From positions 1 through 29,246 of the forward strand of contig CAZWUD010000002.1 in assembly GCA_964637055.1 (NCBI GenBank): a stretch of 29,246 nt of DNA. Reading direction: 5' to 3'. Source of the DNA: an uncultured Candidatus Cloacimonadota bacterium. Its GTDB lineage: Bacteria > Cloacimonadota > Cloacimonadia > Cloacimonadales > Cloacimonadaceae. A program made the position numbers and the translations under genes. The notes under the pieces were generated by a model. That model had not been told where the DNA came from and searched no databases. It saw nothing but the letters and a program-made list of their open reading frames with translations. Shown here piece by piece: positions 1 to 7,826 of the stretch (position 1 is the stretch's first letter; each line of letters begins with the position of its first letter).

Positions 1-1232
1 GTAACAGCCTGAGCACCCAGTGCTTGCACAAGCCACTGTACTGTGGGCAGGATGTACTCCCTTGTTCCCTCCACCCGGTCCGGATCGGGATAGATGATCA
101 GGATATCAGAGCTCAAGGAGACACTATTCATAGGCCCCATGAATCGATCCAATTGCCTCAGCTCATCCTCAGGGATATCTTCGATTTGCATAAATTGCCG
201 GGCAAGATCGGGGAAATACTCATCGTAGTTTATTCCGTTCTGAGATCTGGAGGCTTCATACTGCATAGTAGCATCATAGGCTTGCTCAATAAAGATAAAG
301 CCCATGCCGATCTCGGAGGGAAGCACAGATTTTTTATCCAGTCCAAAATACAATTCCCTGAGACGGTGATCATTGGTGCGAACAAAATGCTCTACCACCG
401 TAATCCACCAATTGCCATAGCTCTGCAGCGTCATTTTTTCCTGTATCAATTTATATAAATGCTCGCCGTTCTTGAAAATATCCCAATGTTCATCCACCAA
501 TGGATTTACGAAGGAGTGAGAAAACTCGTGAAAGAGCCAGATGGCAAGTTCCCTTAGATCATTTTTGGTGAAATGGCTGCAGTTTTGATTCATCATAGCA
601 TAGGCGTGCACACCACCCGCTTCATCCACCATGGCAGGTCCGTATCCGCCCTGCACCAGAGGAGAAATGGCCATTGTGTAGCTGGCGTGGCTATATCCAT
701 ACCAGGACGTCATGTGCGCTATCATATCCGGATATTCACTCAGGGCACGGACGGCATCTTCGACTCTCTTTTGATAAAAGTCCGTTTGAGAGGCAAAAAA
801 GCCGGCGAAATCGCTCTGGATAGCAAATTCACCGACCATAGTGTAAAATTCATGCAGGGGAACTACTTCAGACACACTCTCCAGCCTGCGCAGATTCATG
901 GCTTCAGAGCATGGGTCCCAGTTGAAAGCGATCTTCGAACAGCTGATATCTTCAAAGCGTAAAAAGCTGCTGACCGGCAGATCATGATTATAATCCGTTT
1001 CTTCCATACGCTTTAGCAGATCACAAACAGGATGCTCTTTGAAGGGTGCAAACCAGGCCTCAATTGCATCTGCATAGCTATTTTCACCCTGGAAAACCAT
1101 CTTGCTCCCCGAAATCTTTTGCAGCACGGCCAATAGCTCCAGACGTGGATCGACAGTGACATTGAGCATGCCAGCCTTTCGGCTGATTGCTGCTGGCATC
1201 TTGTCCTCTTTAGACTCTGCATGATTCTTCAT
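1..1232 (-). CDS. DUF4932-like putative zinc metallopeptidase (HExxH), 3'-truncated by the window edge
   Basis: Not in the ORF track because it has no stop in the window. I translated it by hand: ATG at 1232 follows a GAGG RBS and the frame stays open to base 1 (~410 aa, MKNHAESKEDKMPAAISRKAGMLNVTVDPRLELLAVLQ...). HEFSHSFVNP lies at 501-530, with a downstream YGNWWITVVEHFVR carrying a candidate third ligand Glu. Confidence 0.8.
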   Translation of the reverse strand, partial: MKNHAESKEDKMPAAISRKAGMLNVTVDPRLELLAVLQKISGSKMVFQGENSYADAIEAWFAPFKEHPVCDLLKRMEETDYNHDLPVSSFLRFEDISCSKIAFNWDPCSEAMNLRRLESVSEVVPLHEFYTMVGEFAIQSDFAGFFASQTDFYQKRVEDAVRALSEYPDMIAHMTSWYGYSHASYTMAISPLVQGGYGPAMVDEAGGVHAYAMMNQNCSHFTKNDLRELAIWLFHEFSHSFVNPLVDEHWDIFKNGEHLYKLIQEKMTLQSYGNWWITVVEHFVRTNDHRLRELYFGLDKKSVLPSEIGMGFIFIEQAYDATMQYEASRSQNGINYDEYFPDLARQFMQIEDIPEDELRQLDRFMGPMNSVSLSSDILIIYPDPDRVEGTREYILPTVQWLVQALGAQAV

Positions 1233-1287
1233 TTTTGAAACCTCTTAATTCTTTCTATCCGTCCAAGTTTTTGTTTCCCGGTAGTCT

Positions 1288-1336
1288 CGGCTTTGTCCCA
1301 CGATCCTCGTGCCGGCAGGCGAAGATCGTGGCTGAA
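1288..1336 (-). repeat. 49-nt palindromic REP-like element, copy 1
   Basis: Stem CCACGATC (1298-1305) / GATCGTGG (1324-1331). Its reverse complement matches 16302-16350 at 38/49 nt without gaps. Confidence 0.8.
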
Positions 1337-1359
1337 ACCCAGCTCCAAACTGTCATGGA

Positions 1360-2271
1360 TCAATGGGGCGGTCGGCGGAGTTCTACGGCCAGTTTGCGGC
1401 ACAGAAACCGGGCTCCCTTATGATTTAGATGATCATAGTCAAAGTAATGATCTTCAGGTAGATCCAGAGCTGAATAGTCCAGATAGACAAAGTTATCTGC
1501 CAGCTTTCCGATCTGCTGATAGTAGTCTGCCTTGATCAGGGATGGGACCGCCGCCAGATATTCCGGGTGCAGGGGCGTATTGACCACAAAGAGCTGGACC
1601 TCATGCTGCTGGCAAAGCCGCACGATGCGCTCCAGATAGTGCTGCCGAAGCGTGGAAACATCCCGAATCCGCCCTCCCTGATAGTAATGCCGGGCAATGG
1701 CTGAGTGCAAAGCCCTGACATCTCCAATGCCCTCGGCTTGTCTCCTTTGATAAGCGCCCAGATAGTCAGGAGGTGTGAGTAATTCGGCCAGATCGTTCAG
1801 CATCCCGAGGGGCAGAGCCGGTGGCAGATGCCGCATGAACCCGTAGTAGCGCACTGATCCATCCGCTTCGCCATGGGCCTGTTTGAGCTGATAAAAATCC
1901 TCATCCAACAGCCGGTGGTAGCGCCGCATCAGCTCCGCCTGGGATGAGACCGGGGCGAGGATATTGAAATAGCTCAGACTCAGGATCACCTGCTCCAAAG
2001 CCTCGGATTGCTCCAGCGCAGCCTTCAATTTGTAATAGCTATACTCCAGCTCTTCAGCCACCTGAGCCGTGGAGCAAGAGCCGAGGATGAGAGCCGGATT
2101 CAGACCGGCCACCGCGTGGGAATCTCCCAAAATCAGGATGCGGTAGTCCGCAGTTTCGCAGACCATTGGCGCCCGGTCTGCCGCTGCCCCGCGCTCCCTG
2201 ATGCTCAAGGCGGCAAATGCAGCCAGAATCAGCAAAATTGCAGGCAATAAATAAAGCTTAAAAACCCGCAT
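1360..2271 (-). CDS. Membrane-anchored SGNH-hydrolase-fold protein (AlgJ/DltD/PatB-like MBOAT partner)
   Basis: N-terminal hydrophobic anchor MRVFKLYLLPAILLILAAFAALSI, block I ILGDSHA and block V FDYDHLN (DxxH). The start at 2271 overlaps the MBOAT stop; the ORF track start at 2295 is probably too long. Confidence 0.8.
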   Translation of the reverse strand: MRVFKLYLLPAILLILAAFAALSIRERGAAADRAPMVCETADYRILILGDSHAVAGLNPALILGSCSTAQVAEELEYSYYKLKAALEQSEALEQVILSLSYFNILAPVSSQAELMRRYHRLLDEDFYQLKQAHGEADGSVRYYGFMRHLPPALPLGMLNDLAELLTPPDYLGAYQRRQAEGIGDVRALHSAIARHYYQGGRIRDVSTLRQHYLERIVRLCQQHEVQLFVVNTPLHPEYLAAVPSLIKADYYQQIGKLADNFVYLDYSALDLPEDHYFDYDHLNHKGARFLCRKLAVELRRPPH

Positions 2272-3628
2272 AGATAAACTCCGTATTGCCCGCACAAAAA
2301 GCGATGCCGACCAGGATCAAGAGCCAGATGCTGTGTGCCAGAGTCCAGCGCATCCCTTCCAGATAGCGGATGAGATGCCCGGCCAGGGCTTGCCCGATCC
2401 ACAGCAGAATAAGGACTCCGGGGAGCAAAAGCAGATTGAGCAGATCACCGGCCAGGCTGAGCCCCAGTTTGAGCCCAAAGACACGGAAACTGAGCCAGCC
2501 AAAAGTGACGAAAGTGAGGGTGATCAGCGGTCCCAGCCGCTGTAAAAGACGCCGGATCTGCAGCCGTGTGGCCTTGCTGCGCTTCTTTTCCCAGATCTTA
2601 AAATACTGCAAGAAGGCCAGCCCCAATCCGTGCCAGATGCCCCAAATCAGAAAGCGCATGTCTGCCCCATGCCAGAGGCCGCAGAGTCCCATGGCGATGA
2701 CGGGGACCCCGAAGATCAACCAGGCCTTGTTTTTGCAGATGCCGGAAAGCGGGAAAAAAAGGTAGTCCCGGATCCAATCCGAAAGCGAGATATGCCAGCG
2801 CCGCCAAAAGTCACTGATATTGCGCGCCATATAGGGACGCTTGAAATTCTCCATAATCCTCAGCCCAAAGAGACGTGAGGCTCCGATGGCGATATCGCTA
2901 TAGCCGGCAAAGTCATAGTAGATCTGCAGAGCGTAGGCCACCAGCGCCAGCAGTCTGAGCCAGGCGGGAAAGCCTTGAGGATTATGCCAGATGGGGCTGA
3001 TCAGATAGCCGATCCAATCCGCAATAACCAGCTTTTTGAACAGCCCGATGCTGATGCGCCTGAGGCCCTCACGAAGATGCCCGGGATCAAAGCCGATGGC
3101 CGGAACTTTGATCTGAGGCAAAAAGCGCTCAAAACGCTCGATAGGGCCGGCCACAAAGATGGTGAAAAGGCTGCTATAAAGCAGGAAATCCGTGAGGCTG
3201 CCGGGCTTTACCAAACCCCAGCGGATATCAATCAGATAGCTGATCTGTTTGAAAACTATGTAGCTAATTCCCAGCGGTAAAAGCAGATGGTGCAGGCTAA
3301 AAGAGGGCAACGCCTCCAAAAAGAGGTAAAGGCTGAGGGATATGCCGCTGAGCATGCCCAGATACTTGAAAAAGATCAAGGCAGCCAGCAGCCCGATCAC
3401 GCCCAGAGCCTGAGGCCAAATGTGCGGCCGCAGCCTGTGGGTCAGGATGCCCCAGAGATAGGCCCAGAGGCTGAGTGCCACAACTACATACAGTGAGGAG
3501 AGATCCAGCAGCCCGATATATATGAAGCTGGAGCATGTCAGCAAGAGATTTCTCAGCCTCTGTCGGGGCAAAAGCCAATACAAGATCAGGCTGAGGATCA
3601 GGATGCCAAAGAATTCAAGGCTTATCAT
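2258..3628 (-). CDS. MBOAT family O-acyltransferase (AlgI/PatA/DltB-like)
   Basis: Many TM segments. Motifs AGPIER, QIYYDFAGYSDIAIG, ENFKRPY, DFWRRWHISLSDWIRDYLF and GLWHGA (catalytic His). Confidence 0.95.
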   Translation of the reverse strand: MISLEFFGILILSLILYWLLPRQRLRNLLLTCSSFIYIGLLDLSSLYVVVALSLWAYLWGILTHRLRPHIWPQALGVIGLLAALIFFKYLGMLSGISLSLYLFLEALPSFSLHHLLLPLGISYIVFKQISYLIDIRWGLVKPGSLTDFLLYSSLFTIFVAGPIERFERFLPQIKVPAIGFDPGHLREGLRRISIGLFKKLVIADWIGYLISPIWHNPQGFPAWLRLLALVAYALQIYYDFAGYSDIAIGASRLFGLRIMENFKRPYMARNISDFWRRWHISLSDWIRDYLFFPLSGICKNKAWLIFGVPVIAMGLCGLWHGADMRFLIWGIWHGLGLAFLQYFKIWEKKRSKATRLQIRRLLQRLGPLITLTFVTFGWLSFRVFGLKLGLSLAGDLLNLLLLPGVLILLWIGQALAGHLIRYLEGMRWTLAHSIWLLILVGIAFCAGNTEFIYAGF

Positions 3629-3678
3629 ACTAATCTGCGGGGAGCCGTATCCCGGGGAACTATCTGCCGGGCCTCAGC

Positions 3679-3909
3679 TCAAAATTGATCGATGATCTCC
3701 AGCATCTGCCGGACGGTATCAAAGGACTCGGCCGTGATGCGCGGAGCGGGGATCTTTTTGCCAAACTCCTGCTCGATAAAGCTTTGCAGTGAAACCAAAG
3801 AAAAGGAATCGATCAGCCCGGTGGAGATCAAGCGACTGTTTTCATCAATCTCCTGGTCGGGATCGTCCAGAAATTCGTCGCGGATAAATTCCAAAAGTTT
3901 TTCTTTCAT
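3679..3909 (-). CDS. Acyl/peptidyl carrier protein (DltC-like)
   Basis: 76 aa, acidic. GLIDSF contains the phosphopantetheine Ser, followed by FIEQEFG. GGAG RBS precedes the ATG at 3909. Confidence 0.92.
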   Translation of the reverse strand: MKEKLLEFIRDEFLDDPDQEIDENSRLISTGLIDSFSLVSLQSFIEQEFGKKIPAPRITAESFDTVRQMLEIIDQF

Positions 3910-3927
3910 GTCTTTCTCCAAGTGGAT

Positions 3928-5163
3928 TTAGAGGGCAAGCAATTCGGCCTTGCTTTTGCCCAAAATACGGAGTTTTTTGCCGATTTCGATGAAGGCCTCC
4001 AGGGCGATATTCAGATCATCTTCCGAGTGAGCGGCGGAAAGCTGAGTGCGGATGCGGGCTTGATTTTGCGGAACCACGGGGAAGGAAAAGGCCACCGCAA
4101 AGATGCCCTCATCCAAAAGAGCCTCAGAAAAGGCCGCCGCCAGAGGGGCTTGGTAAAGCATCACAGGCACGATCGGCGAATCCCCTTTCTGCACGATGAA
4201 TCCGGCATCTCCCAGCGCCGCTCTCCACCACGCTGTATTATGGCGAAGCCTCTTTAAAAGCTCGCCGCTTGTTTCCAGGAGATCCAGCGCTTTCAGAGTG
4301 CCCATGGTCATCATCGGGGCCAGGGTATTGGAAAATAGATAGGGTCTGGCGCGTTGCCGGAGCAGCTCTATCAGCTCCTTCCTGCCGGATACACAGCCGC
4401 CGGAAGCACCGCCTAGAGCCTTGCCAAAGGTGGTGGTGATCAGATCGACCTCTCCCATCACGCCGCAGAGTTCTGCCGTGCCCCGTCCTTTTTCGCCGAT
4501 AAACCCGGTGGCGTGTGAATCATCCACAAAGACCATAGCGCCATACTCATCCGCCAAAGCGCAGATCTCTGCCAGAGGCGCAGTGTCGCCATCCATGGAA
4601 AAGATGCCATCGGTGATGATGATCTTGCGCGGGGCAGCCTGGTGCATTTCCAGTTTCTTTTTCAGATGCCCCATATCCAGGTGTTTGTAGGTATCATGCC
4701 GGGCGCGGGAAAGCCGCATTCCGTCGATGATGGAGGCGTGTACGAGACGATCCGAGATCATGATGTCATCCGCATCCAGAAGGGTCTCAAAAACGGCGGC
4801 ATTGGCATCAAAACAGGAGCTGAAGAGGATGCTATCCTCGGTGCCCAGAAATGCGCTGAGCCGATCTTCCAGCTCTTTGTGGATATCCTGAGTTCCGCAG
4901 ATAAAGCGCACGGAGGCAAGGCCATAGCCCCGATGATCCAGGGCCTGATGGGCGGAGCTCAGAAGCTGGGGATGCGAGGCCAGACCCAGATAGTTGTTTG
5001 AACAGATATTGATCAATTCACGCAAGCTGCCATCAGGCTGCTGCACCGTGATGCGCGCGCCCTGGCTGCCGCAGATGGGATGCTCGCTTTTGTCGAGCCC
5101 GTCTTCCCGTATCTGGTCAAGCAGTGCCTGGTAACGGGATCTGGTCTGGTCTGAAAAAGCCAT
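3928..5163 (-). CDS. kbl: Glycine C-acetyltransferase (2-amino-3-ketobutyrate CoA ligase), PLP alpha-oxoamine synthase family
   Basis: SNNYLGLA, the Kbl-typical SVRFICGTQDIHKELE, SCFDAN, HASIIDG, DDSHATG, TFGKALGGASGG (PLP Lys) and RPYLFSN. Confidence 0.9.
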   Translation of the reverse strand: MAFSDQTRSRYQALLDQIREDGLDKSEHPICGSQGARITVQQPDGSLRELINICSNNYLGLASHPQLLSSAHQALDHRGYGLASVRFICGTQDIHKELEDRLSAFLGTEDSILFSSCFDANAAVFETLLDADDIMISDRLVHASIIDGMRLSRARHDTYKHLDMGHLKKKLEMHQAAPRKIIITDGIFSMDGDTAPLAEICALADEYGAMVFVDDSHATGFIGEKGRGTAELCGVMGEVDLITTTFGKALGGASGGCVSGRKELIELLRQRARPYLFSNTLAPMMTMGTLKALDLLETSGELLKRLRHNTAWWRAALGDAGFIVQKGDSPIVPVMLYQAPLAAAFSEALLDEGIFAVAFSFPVVPQNQARIRTQLSAAHSEDDLNIALEAFIEIGKKLRILGKSKAELLAL

Positions 5164-5177
5164 GCTATATCTCCTGA

Positions 5178-5196
5178 TCGGGAAAGCGCTTCCCGA
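5178..5196 (-). other. GC-rich hairpin between the cyclophilin stop and the kbl RBS
   Basis: TCGGGAA-AGCGC-TTCCCGA, a perfect 7-bp stem with no U-tract. Confidence 0.5.
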
Positions 5197-5204
5197 AAGT
5201 GAAC

Positions 5205-6296
5205 TTAGATTTTGCTGATCTTGCGGAAGATGCTTTGCTGATCAGATTTGAGGCGGATCAGGTAAATCCCTGCCGGACTGTCTTTTCCCTGATCGGTCTT
5301 ACCATCCCAAGTGTAGGTGTGGCTACCGGCCTGAAGCCTGGCGGCATCCAGAGTTCTGACCTTTTGGCCTTTGAGATTGAAGATCTCCAGCCGGACACTG
5401 CGGGGGGACTTTAGTTCGCAATTGATATCCAGCTCTGAAGTGAAGGGATTGGGGCTGGCGTTTAGCAGGCTGGAATGCAGGGCGGGGACTGTCTCCTGGG
5501 CAGCAGAAACGCCGGCATCTATCTGCCAGAGGGCGTCAAAGGAAATGCTGTCTGAAGAGGCAATGTGGCAACGAACTGTGTGCTCGCCGCCGGTCTCAAA
5601 TGAGGTCTCCAGCAGGAAGCTATCCTCATCTATCAGAAGGTCATCGATATACCACTCAAAAAAGAGCTCGGCCTCCTGGGTATATGCCTCGGCCATAAAG
5701 AATTGACTCTGCCCGGGGAGCAGGCTCAGGGTCTCATCCAGCGGGGGAAAGAATTCGCCGATCTGCAGATCCAGCATGCGCAAAGTGTGGATATTCACCG
5801 GCTCCAAGGGACGGTCATTGGCATCGGTGGGCACAGCACCAATTGCGAGCACATTGTCCAGCCCCTCGATGATATCGCCAAAGATGGCATAATCTCCATC
5901 CAGGTGAGTGGCCGGCGCTACGGTGATATAGTATTGACTGCCAGCGCTATTGGGGGCAGCAGAGTGGGCCATGGCCAGCACACCGGCGTGGTCATGATAC
6001 AGATCAGGGTGAAATTCGTCCTCAATGGTATATCCCGGGCCGCCATAGCCGGTACCGTAAGGGCAGCCGTCCTGGATCATAAAGCCATCTATAACCCGGT
6101 GGAAGATAAGGTCGTTGTAAAAGCCGGAATTGGCCAGATCACGGAAGTTATTGGCGGTGATCGGTACCAATTCATCATAAAGCTCGGCCGTAAAGCTGCC
6201 CATGGAGGTGTGCCAGCGGGCAAAGAGGCGAGCCGAAGCCAGGCTCGGCAGCATCACAAAAAGAATCAAGAGTAAGATCAAAACATGCTGTTTCAC
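5205..6296 (-). CDS. Secreted cyclophilin-type peptidyl-prolyl isomerase with a C-terminal FlgD-Ig/T9SS-like sorting domain
   Basis: Signal peptide; FHRVIDGFMIQ, GVLAMAH, SAGSQYYIT, HLDG; C-terminal SPNPF...IFNLKGQKVR...WDGK...GIYLIRL. GTG start with AAGGAG RBS. Confidence 0.92.
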   Translation of the reverse strand: MKQHVLILLLILFVMLPSLASARLFARWHTSMGSFTAELYDELVPITANNFRDLANSGFYNDLIFHRVIDGFMIQDGCPYGTGYGGPGYTIEDEFHPDLYHDHAGVLAMAHSAAPNSAGSQYYITVAPATHLDGDYAIFGDIIEGLDNVLAIGAVPTDANDRPLEPVNIHTLRMLDLQIGEFFPPLDETLSLLPGQSQFFMAEAYTQEAELFFEWYIDDLLIDEDSFLLETSFETGGEHTVRCHIASSDSISFDALWQIDAGVSAAQETVPALHSSLLNASPNPFTSELDINCELKSPRSVRLEIFNLKGQKVRTLDAARLQAGSHTYTWDGKTDQGKDSPAGIYLIRLKSDQQSIFRKISKI

Positions 6297-6400
6297 AGGG
6301 GATCTCCTTTATGGTAATTTGGACTGTGGTGGTCAAGGTAATGCTTTGCACGAAAAGGACTTTGGGGAAGCGGGATCGGGAAAAGGGGGAATACTCATCT

Positions 6401-7753
6401 TCACTCCCAAGTGGGCGTGCTCATCTGGGGCATCTGGTATTCTCTCCCTGGAAAGGCCGTTTGCATGGCCTGCAGGGAACGCTCACTGAGCATCTGTCTT
6501 TTCAGCTTTTTATCCCGCGGACTCTTCTGCAAAGCGGGTAAGAGGCCAAAATTGGCATTGACGGGGCTAAAAGATTGTTTGGGCAGTTCGGTCAATAGGC
6601 GGCGCCAGAGCTGTCCCAATATGCTCTGAGGCGGCAGATCGCTGATCTCACCGGAGATGATGCCGGCCACCAGCATACCGCTGGCGATGCACTCCACATA
6701 GCCTTCCACGCCGCTGATCTGACCAGCCACCCAGGCCTCCGGCCGGGCTTTGAGGCTGAGATCGGGCTTTAGGATCTGCGGGGAATTCAGATAGGCATTG
6801 CGGTGGATGGAGCCGTAGCGCAAGAAAGAGGCACTTCCCAAGCCGGGGATCTGGCGGAAAATGCGCTTTTGCTCGGGGTAGCGCAGCATGGTTTGACAGC
6901 CCACGAGGTTATAGGCGGTCAGGTCGCTATTTTCAGCGCGCAATTGCAGCACCGCAAAGGCTTTCTGGCCGGTTGAGGGGATTTCCAGCCCCATAGGGCG
7001 CATCACCCCGTGGCGAAGGGTGTCTTTGCCGCGGCGGGCCAGCTCCTCGATGGGCGTGCAGTTTTCATAGAAATTAAACTTATCACTGCTGAAAAACTCG
7101 TTTTCAAACTCATGCGCAGTGTGCTTTTCGCCCTCCAGCAGGGCATCCACAAAGGCGTAGTATTCTTCCCGGTCAAAGGCGCAATTCAGATAGTCGGGAT
7201 CGCCTTTGTCATAGCGGGCTTTGGCATAGACGATCTCGCGGTCGATCGAATCCGCATCAAGGATCGGGGCGATGGCATCAAAAAAGAAAAGGTGGTCTGC
7301 GCCCAAAAGATTCTTCAGGTGTCGCATCAAAGGCTCTGAAGTCAGAGGACCCGTGGCCAGGATCACTTTGCCTTCCAGGAGTTCGGATACCTCCTCACGG
7401 ATCACGGTGATCCGGGGTTCAGTCTCAATCAATCGGGTCACTTCGGATGCAAAGATCTCACGATCCACAGCCAAGGCATGGCCGGCCGGAACTCTGCAGG
7501 ACTCGGCGATGGGTAGTAGCTTGCTGCCCAAAAAGCGCATCTCTTCCTTGAGCAGGCCGGAGCCGGTGTCCAGACGGGTGGATTTCAGGCTGTTGCTGCA
7601 GACTAATTCGGCCAGCAGTCCGCTTTGGTGAGCCTCGGTCTGCTTTTGGGGACGCATCTCGTAGAGCTTGACCTCATATCCGGCTTCCGCAAGCTGCAAG
7701 GCCGCTTCGCTGCCGGCCAGTCCGCCCCCGATGATGCTGATGCTCTGGCTCAC
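6401..7753 (-). CDS. trmFO: Folate/FAD-dependent tRNA (m5U54) methyltransferase
   Basis: IIGGGLAGSEAA Rossmann motif, YEMRP, ELVCSNS, RYGSIHRN and AGQISGVEGY. The start is either the GTG at 7753 or the one at 7762. Confidence 0.95.
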   Translation of the reverse strand: MSQSISIIGGGLAGSEAALQLAEAGYEVKLYEMRPQKQTEAHQSGLLAELVCSNSLKSTRLDTGSGLLKEEMRFLGSKLLPIAESCRVPAGHALAVDREIFASEVTRLIETEPRITVIREEVSELLEGKVILATGPLTSEPLMRHLKNLLGADHLFFFDAIAPILDADSIDREIVYAKARYDKGDPDYLNCAFDREEYYAFVDALLEGEKHTAHEFENEFFSSDKFNFYENCTPIEELARRGKDTLRHGVMRPMGLEIPSTGQKAFAVLQLRAENSDLTAYNLVGCQTMLRYPEQKRIFRQIPGLGSASFLRYGSIHRNAYLNSPQILKPDLSLKARPEAWVAGQISGVEGYVECIASGMLVAGIISGEISDLPPQSILGQLWRRLLTELPKQSFSPVNANFGLLPALQKSPRDKKLKRQMLSERSLQAMQTAFPGREYQMPQMSTPTWE

Positions 7754-7826
7754 AATTCCCACTTGATCAATGCGTTATGATCATCCAGATCCCTGAGAAC
7801 CGGACTGCGGTGAAGAGCACCCGGCA

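Noticed and set aside
24-1222. ORF-track entries 24-458, 573-962 and 1013-1222
   Set aside because: They are alternative frames or strands of the real minus-strand HExxH gene that starts at 1232.
3641-3678. GAGCCGTAT resembling the start of group II intron domain V
   Set aside because: It has no complementary 3' arm (CGGTTC) or GNRA loop, the gap is only 50 nt and there is no reverse transcriptase.
3928-5163. Calling this gene serine palmitoyltransferase or bioF because it sits next to an ACP
   Set aside because: The sequence carries Kbl-type signatures (SVRFICGTQDIHKELE, SCFDAN, RPYLFSN). Context alone is not enough to rename it.
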